A DNA stretch of 64,000 nt from an uncultured Actinomycetes bacterium (GTDB taxonomy: Bacteria; Actinomycetota; Thermoleophilia; UBA2241), in NCBI GenBank assembly GCA_963833555.1, contig CAWHYB010000002.1, positions 209,666 through 273,665 of the forward strand. Reading direction: 5' to 3'. The first letter of the stretch is position 1. Each line of letters begins with the position of its first letter. Of this stretch, positions 1 through 10,901 are shown piece after piece. The position numbers and the translations under genes are program-made. A model generated the notes under the pieces. The model ran no database searches and had not been told where the DNA came from. It saw only the letters and a list, made by a program, of their open reading frames with translations.

Positions 1-659
1 GGCTCGGCGCAGAGGCCGGCGTCGGGGTGGATGCCGCGCTCCTTGAAGCGCTCGACGACCGACCAGCTGCCCATGCCCGACGACTCCTCGTCGGTGACCG
101 AGGCGAAGACGACCTCGCCGGCCAGGGCAACGCCGGCCCCCGGCAGCACGGCGTGCAGCACCTCGAGCGCAACGATCAGAAGCGCAAGGCCGCCCTTCAT
201 GTCGTTGACGCCGCGCCCGTAGAGCATGCCGTCGCGCTCGGTGGCGACGAACGGGTCGCTCGTCCACTGCTCGCGCGGCTCGACGTCGACGGCGTCGATG
301 TGACCGGTGAGGAGGAGGGAGTGGCCGGCGGCCGACCCGGCCCCACTTGGATCGTCAACCTGCCGCGTCGCCCCCGGCAGGCGGGCGATCAGCTGCGGCC
401 GGCCGACGAAGTCGAGGCCGGGCGGCACGAAGCGCCCGCCGTCACCGGTGGGCTGAGGCTCCCAGATGTCGATCTCGGCGCCCAGCGCGCGGAGGCGCGC
501 CGCGAGCACGCGCTGAAGCTCCGCTTCAGCGCGCGGCGGCGCGCCGGCGTCCCGGGCGGTCGTGTCGAGCGCGACGAGCTCGCTCGTGAGACTCACGAGC
601 TCGTCGCGCCGGCGCCGCACCTCGGCGACGATCGTACCCTCAAGCTCGTCGGAATCCAT
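1..659 (-). CDS. M20-family metallopeptidase (ArgE/DapE/CPG2-like), N-terminal part; runs off the left edge
   Basis: My reverse-strand translation from the ATG at 659 gives MDSDELEGTIVAEV...HSLLLTGHIDAVDVEPREQWTSDPF...GRGVNDMKGGLA...VTDEESSG. These are M20 metal-binding motifs. The ORF is open at the window edge, so it is missing from the ORF track. Confidence 0.7.
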   Translation of the reverse strand, partial: MDSDELEGTIVAEVRRRRDELVSLTSELVALDTTARDAGAPPRAEAELQRVLAARLRALGAEIDIWEPQPTGDGGRFVPPGLDFVGRPQLIARLPGATRQVDDPSGAGSAAGHSLLLTGHIDAVDVEPREQWTSDPFVATERDGMLYGRGVNDMKGGLALLIVALEVLHAVLPGAGVALAGEVVFASVTDEESSGMGSWSVVERFKERGIHPDAGLCAE

Positions 660-684
660 GCTCTGTGCTCCTCGTCGCGGCCAG

Positions 685-3473
685 TCAGGTCAAACGCAGG
701 GCGACGACCTGGAGGTCGTCCTTCAGTTCGTCGGCGAACCCGATCACGGCGGCCTGCAGGTGCTCGACCAGCGCCTTCGCCGTCGCTTCGGGGACACCAA
801 GCAGGACCTCGATGAGCCGCTCCTCTCCAAACAGCTCCTTGCCACGACGTGCCTCGATGACGCCGTCTGTGTAGAGCACTAACGTGTCGCCCGACGTCAG
901 CGAGAGGCGCTTCACCGGGTAGTCGGATGCCAAGCTGCCCAACGGGGTGCCGTTCTGAGGCTCCACCAACGAGCAGCCGGTCGCTGAGAGCAGCGCGAGC
1001 GGCGGATGGCCGGCGCTGGCGAGGATCGTCTCGCCGGTGGCCGGGTCGAGCAGAACGACCAGGGCCGTGACGAACTGGTCTGACCCATCGTTCACCAGAG
1101 CGTGCACATTGGCGAGGATGCGATCGGGCGCCGAGGAGAGTTGTGCCGTGGCACGCACGGCGACTCGCACCGTCTCTCCCAGTGCCGTGGCCCTGACCCC
1201 CTTGCCCGCCACGTCGCCGATGAGGAGGAGCACCTTGCCGTCGGGCAGGCGGAAGACGTCGTGGAAGTCACCGCCGACGAGATCGCGACGCTCCTCGTTG
1301 ATGCTCTGCATCTCTTCGCCGGCTGAGAGCATCTCCTCGTTGGCGGCACGCAGCTCCTCGTTGGCCGCCTCCTTTTCTTCGATCACGGCCTCAAGGCGTT
1401 CGCGTGTCGCGTTCAGCTCACCACGCAGCCGCTCGATCTCGCTGACGGCTTCATCGCCTCCTGGCTCTCCGCCGTCTCTGTCTGGACGGCCGCCGACGGC
1501 CATCGGCCCGGGCCCCTCGAACAGGACGACGCAGTGCGTCTCGCCGGTCGCGGAGTTGAACGGCACGACCTTGAGATCGATCGTCCGCCGTACCTCGGCC
1601 TCGCCTACGCCTGGGCGACCGATCTCGACCACCGTCGTGAGCCCGGTCCGCTGCGCCTCCGCCAGCGCCGCCCGCACCTGCCCGACCAGTTCGTCACGCA
1701 GCATGTCGAGCAGGTTGTGAGTCGGTCGGCCCGGCCGGTTGTTGAGGTAGGGAGACGTGTCGCCGCGGAAATCGACGATGACCAGTCGGGAGTCGACGGT
1801 CACTCCGGCCGGAGCGATCGCCGCAAGAACGGCTTTGTCGGCCTCTTCCCGCACTGTCGGGCTGCGTTCTCCTGCGGGGAGTCTTCGCGCCGAGTCGGTA
1901 CGGGCGAGCTTGCCGGCCTGGTCTGCGCCTGCCAGCGCGGCGAAACTGAGCGGACTCACAGCCGAGTCGGCAACGAGCTTCCTGAAGATCTTGTGCTTCT
2001 TGTCGACGGGTTCGAAGAGCTCGCCGAAGCCGCCGATCGATTCCGATCGGCCGAGCACCAGGTAGCCGTCTCGCCGCAAGCCGTAGTGGAGACTGGGAAC
2101 GACCCGTCTCTGGAGGGCCGCGCCAAAATAGATCAGCAGGTTACGGCAACTCACCAGGTCGACATTGGCGAAGGGCGGGTCGTGCGTGACGTCGTGACGA
2201 GCAAAGACACACTGCTCGCGGATGGCTTTCGCGATCTGGTAGCCGCTCTCGGTGCGTGTGAAATGGCGCTGCAGCAGGTCTGGGACGACCGCGTCCGCGA
2301 TGCTCTCTGTGAACGACCCGCGGCGTGCTCGTTCCAGGTCGGGCTCGCTGATGTCGGTGGCGAAGATCTTGACCTTCGCCTCGACGTGCAGCTCCGTCAT
2401 CACCTCGCGCAGGCTGATGGCCAGACTGTAGGCCTCTTCGCCGCTCGCGCAGCCTGGCACCCAGATGCGCACCGGAGCATGGCGACCCTTGCCTTCCAGG
2501 ATGGCCGGCAAGACTCGCTTGCGCAACACCGCGAAGGTCTCGGGATCGCGGAAGAACTCGGTCACCATGATGAGGATGTCGCGATACAGGGCCTCCACCT
2601 CGGCGGGGTCCTCGTGCAAGAGACGCACGTAACTCGCCAGATCCGGACTCCTGCGCACAAGCATGCGCCGGGTGATGCGGCGGCGGATCGTCGGCAGCTT
2701 GTAGGCCGAGAAGTCCACGCTCAAGGCGGCACGCAGCAAGGCGAAGATCTCGTCGAACGCCTGGGCCTCCTCATCCTCTTGGCTCGAGGCATCGCCCGCA
2801 GCGACCGTGGAGGCCCCGCCGCTTGTCGGCGAGCCGTCGGCTCCCAGGCGCGCCAGCTCGCGGCCCATCTCGCCCGGCGGCAGGACGAAGTCGACGGCCC
2901 GGGCGCCCATGGCGTTGGCGGGCATGCTCGGGTACTCCGCCGACGACGGTTCCTGGGCGAAGGTCACGCCGCCCTCCGACTTGATGGCCGCCAGGCCCTG
3001 CGCTCCGTCCGAGGCAGCGCCCGAGAGGATGACGCCGATCGCGCGCTCGCCGCGATCGGCTGCCAGCGAGCGCAAGAATCTGTCGATGGGCAGATGGACC
3101 TCCGGCGTTTGCCGGCGCGGCGCGAACCCGAGCCGCCCCCGTCGATGACGACGTCCACCCCGGGCGGGATCACATGCACGTGGTCTGCGACAACGCGCTC
3201 GCCATCGGCGGCCTCGGCGACTGCCATACTCGTCTTGTCGGTAAGTAGGTGGCTGAGCAGACTGGGATGCTTCGGATCGAGATGCTGGAGCAACACGAAG
3301 CCCATGCCGGTGTCGCCAGGCAGCCCTTCGAGAAACTGCGAGAAGGCCTCGAGGCCGCCCGCCGAGGCTCCGACGCCGACCACCACACACGACTCCGGGG
3401 CACCGCCGCCGTTTGCCGCGTCGGCAGTCGTGCCGCCGGGTGACGATCGACGTGAGGACGATTCGTTGCTCAC
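685..3473 (-). pseudogene. CheB methylesterase - CheR methyltransferase - coiled coil - PP2C/SpoIIE phosphatase fusion; one frameshift in the CheB part
   Basis: CheB motifs VVVGVGASAGGLEAF...LQHLDPKHPS lie in frame 2964..3593. The continuation LPIDRFLRSLA...ILSGAASDG, CheR (FFRDPETF, VWVPGCASGEEAYSLA, CRNLLIYF) and PP2C (GGDFHDV, GDVAGKG, YTDGVIE, DDLQVVALR) lie in frame 685..3693. The frames join at the C5 run at 3136-3140. A GTG start at 3473 is preceded by GGAG. Confidence 0.75.
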
Positions 3474-3655
3474 ACGCGCTCCGCGCAAGGTAGTGCGAAT
3501 CTTCTGGATCGGTTCGCAGCGAGAGGCAAATCCTGCTGTCCTTGTAGCATACATCGAGCGCCCGCTGGACCTCTGCTGTGCGCTCGATCTCACTTGGTCC
3601 GTCCCCTGCTGTAAGCTTGCAGCGCCAGGTCAGGCCGCCGCAGGAGGTCATCCAG

Positions 3656-4057
3656 ATGTGCGCCGATGAACGGTCGAGCAGGATCCGCGTCATCCGGCCC
3701 CAGGACGTGGTCTGGGACGAGGCGATGACCTACTCCGAAGAGACCGACCCGCCCGGGGAGGAATGTGTCGCGGCGCAGTCGACCGACGAGCGTTTCAGCT
3801 GCGGCCTCTGGCGGCGCGACGTGCAGCGTCGCTACTTCGAGCGGGGCTACCACGAGATCGCCTACATCATCGAGGGCCAGGTCGAGGTGACCGACGACGA
3901 CGGCAACCTGGTCGTGGCTGGTCCCGGCGACATCCTGATCACGCCGAAGGGTAGCAAGGGCCACTGGAAGAACCTCGGTCCGGTCAAGAAGTTCTGGACG
4001 ATCTACGAGGATTCCGGCGACGGGCTCGAGGCCTACCTCGGCCCAGGCAGCTTCTGA
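3656..4057 (+). CDS. Cupin-fold protein (DUF861/cupin_3-like)
   Basis: ORF 3578..4057 reads FSCGLWRRDV...YHEIAYIIEGQVEVTDDDGNLVVAGPGDILITPKGSKGHWKNLGPVKKFW, a typical small cupin barrel. The start codon is uncertain. Confidence 0.65.
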   Translation: MCADERSSRIRVIRPQDVVWDEAMTYSEETDPPGEECVAAQSTDERFSCGLWRRDVQRRYFERGYHEIAYIIEGQVEVTDDDGNLVVAGPGDILITPKGSKGHWKNLGPVKKFWTIYEDSGDGLEAYLGPGSF

Positions 4058-4100
4058 GCCGGTCCGGGACGTCGCCGAGACGAACCGGTGACGACGTGAC

Positions 4101-4712
4101 ATGACGCCGATCGGCCTGCCTCTCCCCGACGTCGTGCCGGTCCTGCCCGGGCGGCGCGTCGTGCTGCGGCCGCCGGCCGCCGGCGACGCGCCGCTCATCG
4201 CCCGGCTCGGCGTCGACCCCGAGATCGCGCGCTTCTTCGGCGTCGAGCTCGCCAGCCACCGCGGCCTGACCGCCGACGAGGCGCGCCGCAGCGTCGAGCG
4301 CCTGACGGGCGCGCCGTCGACCCAGGGATGGGTGATCGAGGCGGGCGGCCGGCTCGCCGGCACCGCGCGCCTGTTCGCCGTCGAGCCGGCCGCCCGCCGC
4401 GCCTGGTACAGCGTGACGCTGCTCTCGCACGACCTCGTGGGCATGGGCCTCGGCACCGAGGCGACGCGGCTGGTCCTGACCTACGCGTTCGCCGTGCTCG
4501 GCCTGCATCGCGTCTCGGCGCGGGTGCTCGACTTCAACACCCGCGCACTCGCCTGTCTGCCAGGCCTGCGGCTTCGTGGTCGAGGGCCGCGAGCGCGACT
4601 GGGTGTTCTTCGAGGACCGCTGGCGCGACGCGCTGCTGTTCGGCGTGCTCGAGCGCGAGTTCGCGGCGAGCGTGACGGCGGACTCCGGCGTGGGAGTGGC
4701 TGTCGGGGCTGA
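4101..4712 (+). pseudogene. GNAT family N-acetyltransferase (RimJ/RimL-like), frameshift near 4553
   Basis: The N-terminal part is in frame 4101 (VVLRPPAAGDAPLIARL...LGLHRVSARVLDFNTRAL). The conserved C-terminal part ACGFVVEGRERDWVFFEDRWRDALLFGVLEREF continues in frame 4576. The 3' end is uncertain. Confidence 0.65.
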
Positions 4713-4755
4713 GCCGCGTCGTGCGCGACCAGGTGAGGGCGCCGGTCCCGACCCG

Positions 4756-6424
4756 CTAGCGGCGCACCTGCACCCGGAACCGCCGCAGGCCGACCCCTCC
4801 GTGGCGATCGAAGACCCTCACCGAGACGGTGAACAGTCCCGCGTGCCTGAACGTATGGCGGATGACGAACCCGTGGGCGGTGCCGATGGGGCGACGGCTC
4901 CTGCCGGAGCCGTCGCCCCAGGCCAGCACCGCCCGCCACGAGTCGGCGCCGGGGTCTGTGAAGACGATCCGACGCCTGAAGGCGATCCCGCGGCGAGCGG
5001 TCCCTGAAGACTGATGGGCGATACGCGGCGCGACGTTGCGCGCCGTCACGGTGAAGCGCGAGCCGCCCAGCGTGCCGCCGTCTCCCTGCACCACGACCTT
5101 GACGACGTACGTGCCGGCGACGGCGTAGGGCTGCGAGAAGGTGAAGCTGTGGCCGGGGGCGGCGAGGGCGAGCGGCTGCTCGCCCTCGCCGCCCCCGTAG
5201 TCCACGGTCGCCGTGTAGACCGACGACACGCCGTCGTCGACGAACGATCCCGAACGAGCGAAGGTCTGTCCTTCGTCCACCGCACCGTCACCCCCGGAGT
5301 TGACAATCAGGGTCCCGGGCTGCAGCGAGCGGGTATCGACCACCTCGAAGTCGCTGCCCTTGACCTGCGAGAGTTCGTGCAGATCCTCGTCGTTCCAGCG
5401 CGGATCGGGCGCGCCGCGAGACGTACCAGTCGGCGCCGTTGTCGGCGACCATCATGCCGTAGGTCTTCATCGCCTGAGGATCACCTGCACCTCGGGCGGG
5501 AACCCGTAGATGTCGAAGCCGGCCTTGAGCCGCACGCGCAGGCCCATCGGCGGCAGGTCGGGGTCGGTCGCATCGCTGGCGAAGTGGGTGGCGGGGTAGA
5601 CGTAGGCGCGCTGCGTCTGCGCGACCGTGAAGCGCAGCGCGTGGTCGATCACTCCCTCGGTCACGGCTTCGTCGTAGCGCACCAGTCCCGGCAGGATGGG
5701 CAGGCCGGCGGCATCGGCCGAGGTCCAGCCGTCGGGCCGCAGAGCGTTGCTACTGCAGATCGAAGACGGCGCCCGAGCCCGCCTACCACGAGCCGTCGGC
5801 CTGCGGATGCGCGGCGTAGAGCTCGTAGAGCAGCTGATGGTCGACGTCGAGCGATCAGCACGTGGCGGTCGCCGGTGCTGGAGCGGCCGCCCTCGATGGG
5901 CGCGTCGCTGCGGGATCGGGTAGGGCCCCGGGTCGCTCTCGTCGGCGTAGTCGAACGTGACCGGCACCTTCGGCTGGGTGCCGGGCACGCACGACGTAGG
6001 GGATGCCGATCGGCGCGCCGTCCCAGACGGTGCCGAAGTCGGCGTGCAGGCCGGTGCACAGGCCGATGCTCGCCGAGTAGTCGGCCGAGTTGGGATCGAC
6101 CGGCAGGGTGTCGACGGGCGTGTTCCAGGGGTTGTCGGCGGGGAACAGCGGGAACGGGATCGGGCAGCCGGGCCCGATGTCTCGTAGCAGCCCCGGGGCG
6201 CTCGCCGCGCCAGCGGGCGGCGCCAGCACGAGCCACAGCGCCACCACGAGAAACACGGCCGTGAGCGCCAGCAGCGCCGCGATCGCGAGCCCGAGCGTCC
6301 GCGCCAGCAGCGTACCCGCGGTCGCGGTCGCCTCGTTGCCGCGCAGCAGCCGCCAGGCGCGCACCGCGTCGCCGAGCGACCCCGGAAGGGTCGCGTGGCT
6401 GATCGGACTGCCTTGGAGCGTCAA
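4756..6424 (-). pseudogene. Membrane-anchored/secreted protein with C-terminal PKD-like domains; several frameshifts
   Basis: A TM segment and PADNPWNTPVDTLPVDPNSADY...GIPYVV are in frame 5855..6424. The text continues as VPGTQPKVPVTFDYADESDPGPYPIP, LPILPGLVRYDEAVTEG...YVYPATHFAS and KTYGMMVADNGADWYVS in other frames. The PKD-like tail (VTARNVAP...FTDPGADSW...WGDGS) is in 4756..5343. At least five frame switches. Confidence 0.6.
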
Positions 6425-6535
6425 CCGGGTCTCCTCGTGACGGTGCGCCTCTGGCTGGTATCGGCGCGCTGCGCCGGTGCACTTACGAGGAAGCGTTGAC
6501 GGGGCTGGCTATCCTTCGGTGGTAGCATCCCGGCC

Positions 6536-7789
6536 ATGACCATGATCGAGCCCCCGCCCCCGCGCCGCCCCTCGACGATGACACGTCTGCGGCGCCTCGA
6601 TCCCAACGTGCGCGCGCTCGGCCTGGTCAGCTTCGTGGCCGACCTCAGCTCAGAGATGATCTACCCGGTCTTCCCGGACTTCGTCACCAAGGTGCTGGGC
6701 GCCTCGGCGGCGATCCTGGGCATCATCGAAGGCATCGCCGAGGCCACTGCCAGCCTCACGCGCTACCCCTTCGGGCGCTGGTCCGACAGCGCCGGCAAAC
6801 GCCGTGCCTTTGTGCTCGGTGGCTACGGCCTCTCCGGGCTCGGCAAGCTCGTGCTGGCATTGGCACTCGTCTGGCCCGTCGCGCTGGTAGGCCGCGTCGT
6901 CGACCGTACGGGGAAGGGCATGCGCACCGCCCCGCGCGACGCGCTGCTGGCCGGCGGCGTGCCCGATGAGGACCGCGGCCTCGCGTTCGGCCTGCACCGC
7001 TCGATGGACACGCTCGGTGCCGTGCTCGGACCGCTGTTCGCGCTGCTGCTGATCGAGCTCGGCGTGTCGTTGCGCTGGGTGTTCGCGGCGGCGGTAGTGC
7101 CGGGCCTGCTCTCCGTCATGGTGATCCGACTGTGGGTGCGGGAGCGGGCGCCCGAACGGGCGCCCGCTCCCGCACCCACGACCGCCGGTGCGCTGCTGCC
7201 GCGTCTACGTCTGCCGCGGTCGCCGGCCTTCCGGCGCCTGCTGCTCGCCTCGCTCGTGTTCGCCGTCGGCAACTCGACCAACGCCTTCATCCTGCTCAAG
7301 GCCTCGTCGGTGGGCTTCGGCGTGAAGGCCGTCATCCTCGTCTACGTGCTCTACAACCTGACCTACGCCGCGGGCTCGCTGCCGCTGGGCGGCCTGTCCG
7401 ACCGCATCGGCCAGTTCCCCGTGGTCGCCGGCGGCTGGCTCGTGTTCGCCGCCGTCTACCTCGGCTTCGCGCTCGCCCATAGCAAGTGGGCAGTCGTGGT
7501 GCTCTTCGCCGCCTATGGCCTCTACATCGCCGCCACCGAGGGCACGACCAAGGCGCTCATCAGCCGGGCCGCGCCCGACGCGGAGCGCGGCTCGGCGATG
7601 GGCTTCTTCGACACCTCGATCGGCATGGCGACCTTCGCGGCGAGCGCGGCGGGCGGCGTCCTGTGGACGGTCGTCGGCCCTTGGGCGACCTTCGCCTACG
7701 GCGCCGCCGCCGCCGCGCTCGCCGCCGTCCTGCTGCTCGTCGTGGGACGAGGCGCCAGCGCGGCCGGCCACACGGAGAACGGTCTGTAG
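6536..7789 (+). CDS. MFS transporter
   Basis: Uninterrupted 417-aa ORF with about 12 hydrophobic segments. MFS loop motif GRWSDSAGKRR / DRTGKGMRTAPRDAL. Confidence 0.8.
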   Translation: MTMIEPPPPRRPSTMTRLRRLDPNVRALGLVSFVADLSSEMIYPVFPDFVTKVLGASAAILGIIEGIAEATASLTRYPFGRWSDSAGKRRAFVLGGYGLSGLGKLVLALALVWPVALVGRVVDRTGKGMRTAPRDALLAGGVPDEDRGLAFGLHRSMDTLGAVLGPLFALLLIELGVSLRWVFAAAVVPGLLSVMVIRLWVRERAPERAPAPAPTTAGALLPRLRLPRSPAFRRLLLASLVFAVGNSTNAFILLKASSVGFGVKAVILVYVLYNLTYAAGSLPLGGLSDRIGQFPVVAGGWLVFAAVYLGFALAHSKWAVVVLFAAYGLYIAATEGTTKALISRAAPDAERGSAMGFFDTSIGMATFAASAAGGVLWTVVGPWATFAYGAAAAALAAVLLLVVGRGASAAGHTENGL

Positions 7790-7843
7790 CGCCTCGCACG
7801 ACTGATGTAGCATCGCGGCAGCCCTTCGAGAAAGGACGCCGAG

Positions 7844-9104
7844 ATGAAGATCGAGCCTCACGGCAGTACGCGCCGCTCAGCCGTTCCCGTTCTCCTCGTT
7901 CTCGCGATCGCGGCCATCGTCATGACCCTCGCCGGCGCGGCCCTTGCCGCCTGCGGCGGCAACGGCTCGGCCGGCTCGTCGCCGACTCCGGCCGCCACCG
8001 TGACCGTCACCGTAGGGCCGAGCGGCTCGCCATCCGCCTCGTCCTCACCGACGGCAGGTGTGACGAAGCAGCTCGTGATCGCGGCCGCCAGCGGGCCCAA
8101 TGCGAATGCCATCAGCGCGATCAACTCGACGGGCCAGGTCAAGGATCTCGTGCCGCCAAGCGCAGGGCCCGTCCGCGAGCTCGTATGGTCGCCAGACGGC
8201 ATGCGGCTCGCGTACCTGCAGGCAGAGACAGCCGACGCCTACGACGCGCAGCTCCGACGTCTACGACGCCTCCAGCGACAAGGCCACCCAGGTCGTGTTC
8301 CCTAACGAAGACAACGCCGCGGCCATCGACGGCTTCACCTGGGTCGGGCCCTCCCAGCTCATCGTCTCGATGATCGCAAGCGGCCCGACCTACCGCGCCA
8401 ACGGCACGCTGTTCGTCTACGACGCGGTCAAGAAGACTGCGCAGGCCGTCAAGGACAGCGCCGGCCACCTCCTGCGCGGCGCCGCTCCCTCGGCCTCGGC
8501 CGACGGCACCTCGGTCGCCTACGTCTGGTACGGCGCCAAGAGCGCCGGCGTGATCAAAGAGAAGCTGCTGGTGTTCGACGCCGACAACCTGCAGCTCTCG
8601 ACCGTCGCCACGGGCAAGGCGCCCGCCGACATCGACGGCGACGCCTTCTCTTACCCGCAGATCTCGCCCGACGGCTCGCTGGTCTACACGACGCAGACCG
8701 GCAGCGACCCGGGGTTCAGGTGCACGGTGTACCGGACGGACGGGTCCAGGGCGTATGTCAGCCCCTACCTGGCCTGGCCGACGGCGGGCAGATGGCTCGC
8801 CACCAAGGCGAGCCTCGCCTTCGGCGGGGGCGCGTCGACCGCCACGACGTCCGACGCCGTCAACGTCTGGCTGCCGGGCGCGTCCAAGGCGACCGCGGTC
8901 GTGACCTATCCCAACGGCAAGGGCACGATCTCGTCGCTGGCCTGGACGCCGCAGGGCAAACAGATCGTCTGCACGTGGTACGGCACAAGTAGTGGCCCCA
9001 ACGGCGATCTCTGGATCGTCGGCGCAGACGGCACGAACAGGCACCTGCTGCTGCACAATGGCAGCTGGCCGGCCTGCGCGCTGGCGCCCGTAAGCTTCCC
9101 CTGA
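7844..9104 (+). pseudogene. Lipoprotein with TolB/PD40-like beta-propeller repeats; frameshift near 8254
   Basis: Signal peptide plus lipobox (LAGAALAACGG) and WSPDGMRLAYLQ are in frame 7844. The continuation DVYDASSDKATQVVF...ISPDGSLVYT...WTPQGKQIVC...DLWIVGADGTN is in frame 8100. Confidence 0.65.
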
Positions 9105-9289
9105 GCACATGTCGTTGGCCTCACGACGGGGTTTTGAGCGTCACTTGTGACAAAACGGACAAGTATTGCCCGAATTGAGCGCGGCCTTTACACTACGACT
9201 GTAGATTTATCTCGGGGAACGAGCGTGTCTCCTGCTCGGCTCCCCCGTAGCGGCCGTCCCGACGGCCCTGATCACGAGAGGCGGATACC

Positions 9290-9911
9290 ACGACCACCCC
9301 GGCCACCCCGGTCACTTCAGGCCAGCCTACCGACACTGTCGCGCGCGAGACGCTGGCGGCCTACGTGCGCCGCACCTCCGGCGCGGTCGTTGCACGCTGC
9401 TACCAGTGCGGCAAGTGCTCGGCCGGCTGCCCGATGGGCGTCCGAGATGCCGCTGCCGCCCGCACGACATCATGCGCCTGACGCTGACCGACGACCGCGA
9501 GCGGCTGTTCGGCGACGACTCGCATCTGGCTGTGCCTGACCTGCGAGACCTGCACCGCGCGCTGCCCCAACGGCTGTCGATCCGGCGCGCGTCATCGACG
9601 CCCTGCGCGAGCTCGCCGTCAGCCGAGGGCGCCGAGCACGCCCCGCGCGCCATCCGCGCCTTCCACCAGGCGTTCCTCGACCAGATCCAGCTGCGAACGG
9701 CCGCCTGTTCGAGGTCGGCCTGGTCATGCAGTACAAGCTGCGCAGCGGCGCCCTGCTGCAGGACGTCGCCGCCGCGCCCGGCATGCTGCGCCGCGGCAAG
9801 CTGCCGCTGCGCCCACCGCGCATCGAGGGCGTCGACGAGGTGCGGCGCATCTTCGAGGCGCGCCTGCGAGCGGCGCAGCGGCGACGCGCCGGCGCCGACG
9901 AGGCACGCCGG
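9290..9911 (+). pseudogene. hdrC: Heterodisulfide reductase subunit C (HdrC-like, 2x[4Fe-4S]); many frameshifts, ends approximate
   Basis: Motifs are read across all three frames: [13 protein letters not shown] / SEMPLPP / [16 protein letters not shown] / [17 protein letters not shown] / [15 protein letters not shown] / [18 protein letters not shown] / [19 protein letters not shown]. At least six frame switches between 9436 and 9700. Confidence 0.55.
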
Positions 9912-10901
9912 ATGCCGACAGCTCGCCTACTACCCCGGCTGCTCGATGCACGGCACCTCGCGCGAGTATCGAGGAGAGCCTGCACGGCGATCGCCGCGCG
10001 CGCTCGACATCGGCATGACCGAGATCGACGACTGGAACTGCTGCGGCGCCAGCTCGGCGCACGCCGACCGACCATCTGCTCGGCGTGGCGCTGCCGGCGC
10101 GCAACCTGGCGCTGGCCGAGGCGCAGGGCGTCGACGAAGTGCTCGCGCCCTGCGCGGCCTGCTACAGCCGGCTCTGGCGGGCGCCGCGCCACGCGGTCGC
10201 CGACGAGCACGGCATGGCCGAGCAGATTCCCGAGCTGCTGCGACCGGCCGTTCGCCAACTCGGTCGCGCGTGCTCAACATCGTCGAGTTCCTGCTGCGGC
10301 CTGACGCCGGCCATCGAAGAGCGGGTGGCGGCCCGCATGGAGCCCAACCCGCTCGAGCACCTCAAGGTCGCCGCCTACTACGGCTGCCTGCTGGTGCGCC
10401 CCGCCGAGATCACCGGCTTCGACGACACCGAGCGCCCGACCGCATGGACGAGGTCATCAGCGCCTGCGGCGCCCAGCCGGTGTCGTGGAACATGGCCGTC
10501 GAGTGCTGCGGCGGCGCCTTCTCGATCTCGCGCACGAGCTCGCGTCCTGCGCCTCAGCCGCGCCATCATCGACGACGCGCGTACCGCCGGCGCCGACGCC
10601 ATCGTCGTCGCCTGCCCGATGTGCCACTCCAACCTCGACTTCCGCCAGGCGGCCATGAGCCGGCGCGGCGACGCGCCGATGCCGATCCTCTACATCACCC
10701 AGCTCGTCGGCCTGGCCCTGGGCCTGCCGGTCGACGCAGCTCGGCTTCGACCGCCACTTCGTCGACACGCAGCCGCTGCTCGCCCGCCTGGCCGGCGAGG
10801 CGCGAGCGGGCGGCGGTCCGGCGGCCGAACGCGCACGCGGCGAAGGCGGCGCCAAAGCCGCCGCCCGCGCGAGCGCCGCGCCGACCGGGAACGACGCCTG
10901 A
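9912..10901 (+). pseudogene. hdrB: Heterodisulfide reductase subunit B (HdrB-like, CCG domains); many frameshifts
   Basis: Fragments [126 protein letters not shown] and [14 protein letters not shown] alternate between frames. The stop TGA overlaps the hdrA ATG at 10901. Confidence 0.65.

Noticed and set aside
9140-9161. Palindrome GTCACttGTGAC and a CRP/FNR-like half-match TGTGAcaaaacGGACA upstream of the hdr cluster.
   Set aside because: Only one half-site fits the TGTGA-N6-TCACA consensus and the palindrome is just 5+5 bp. That is too weak to call an operator without comparative or binding data.
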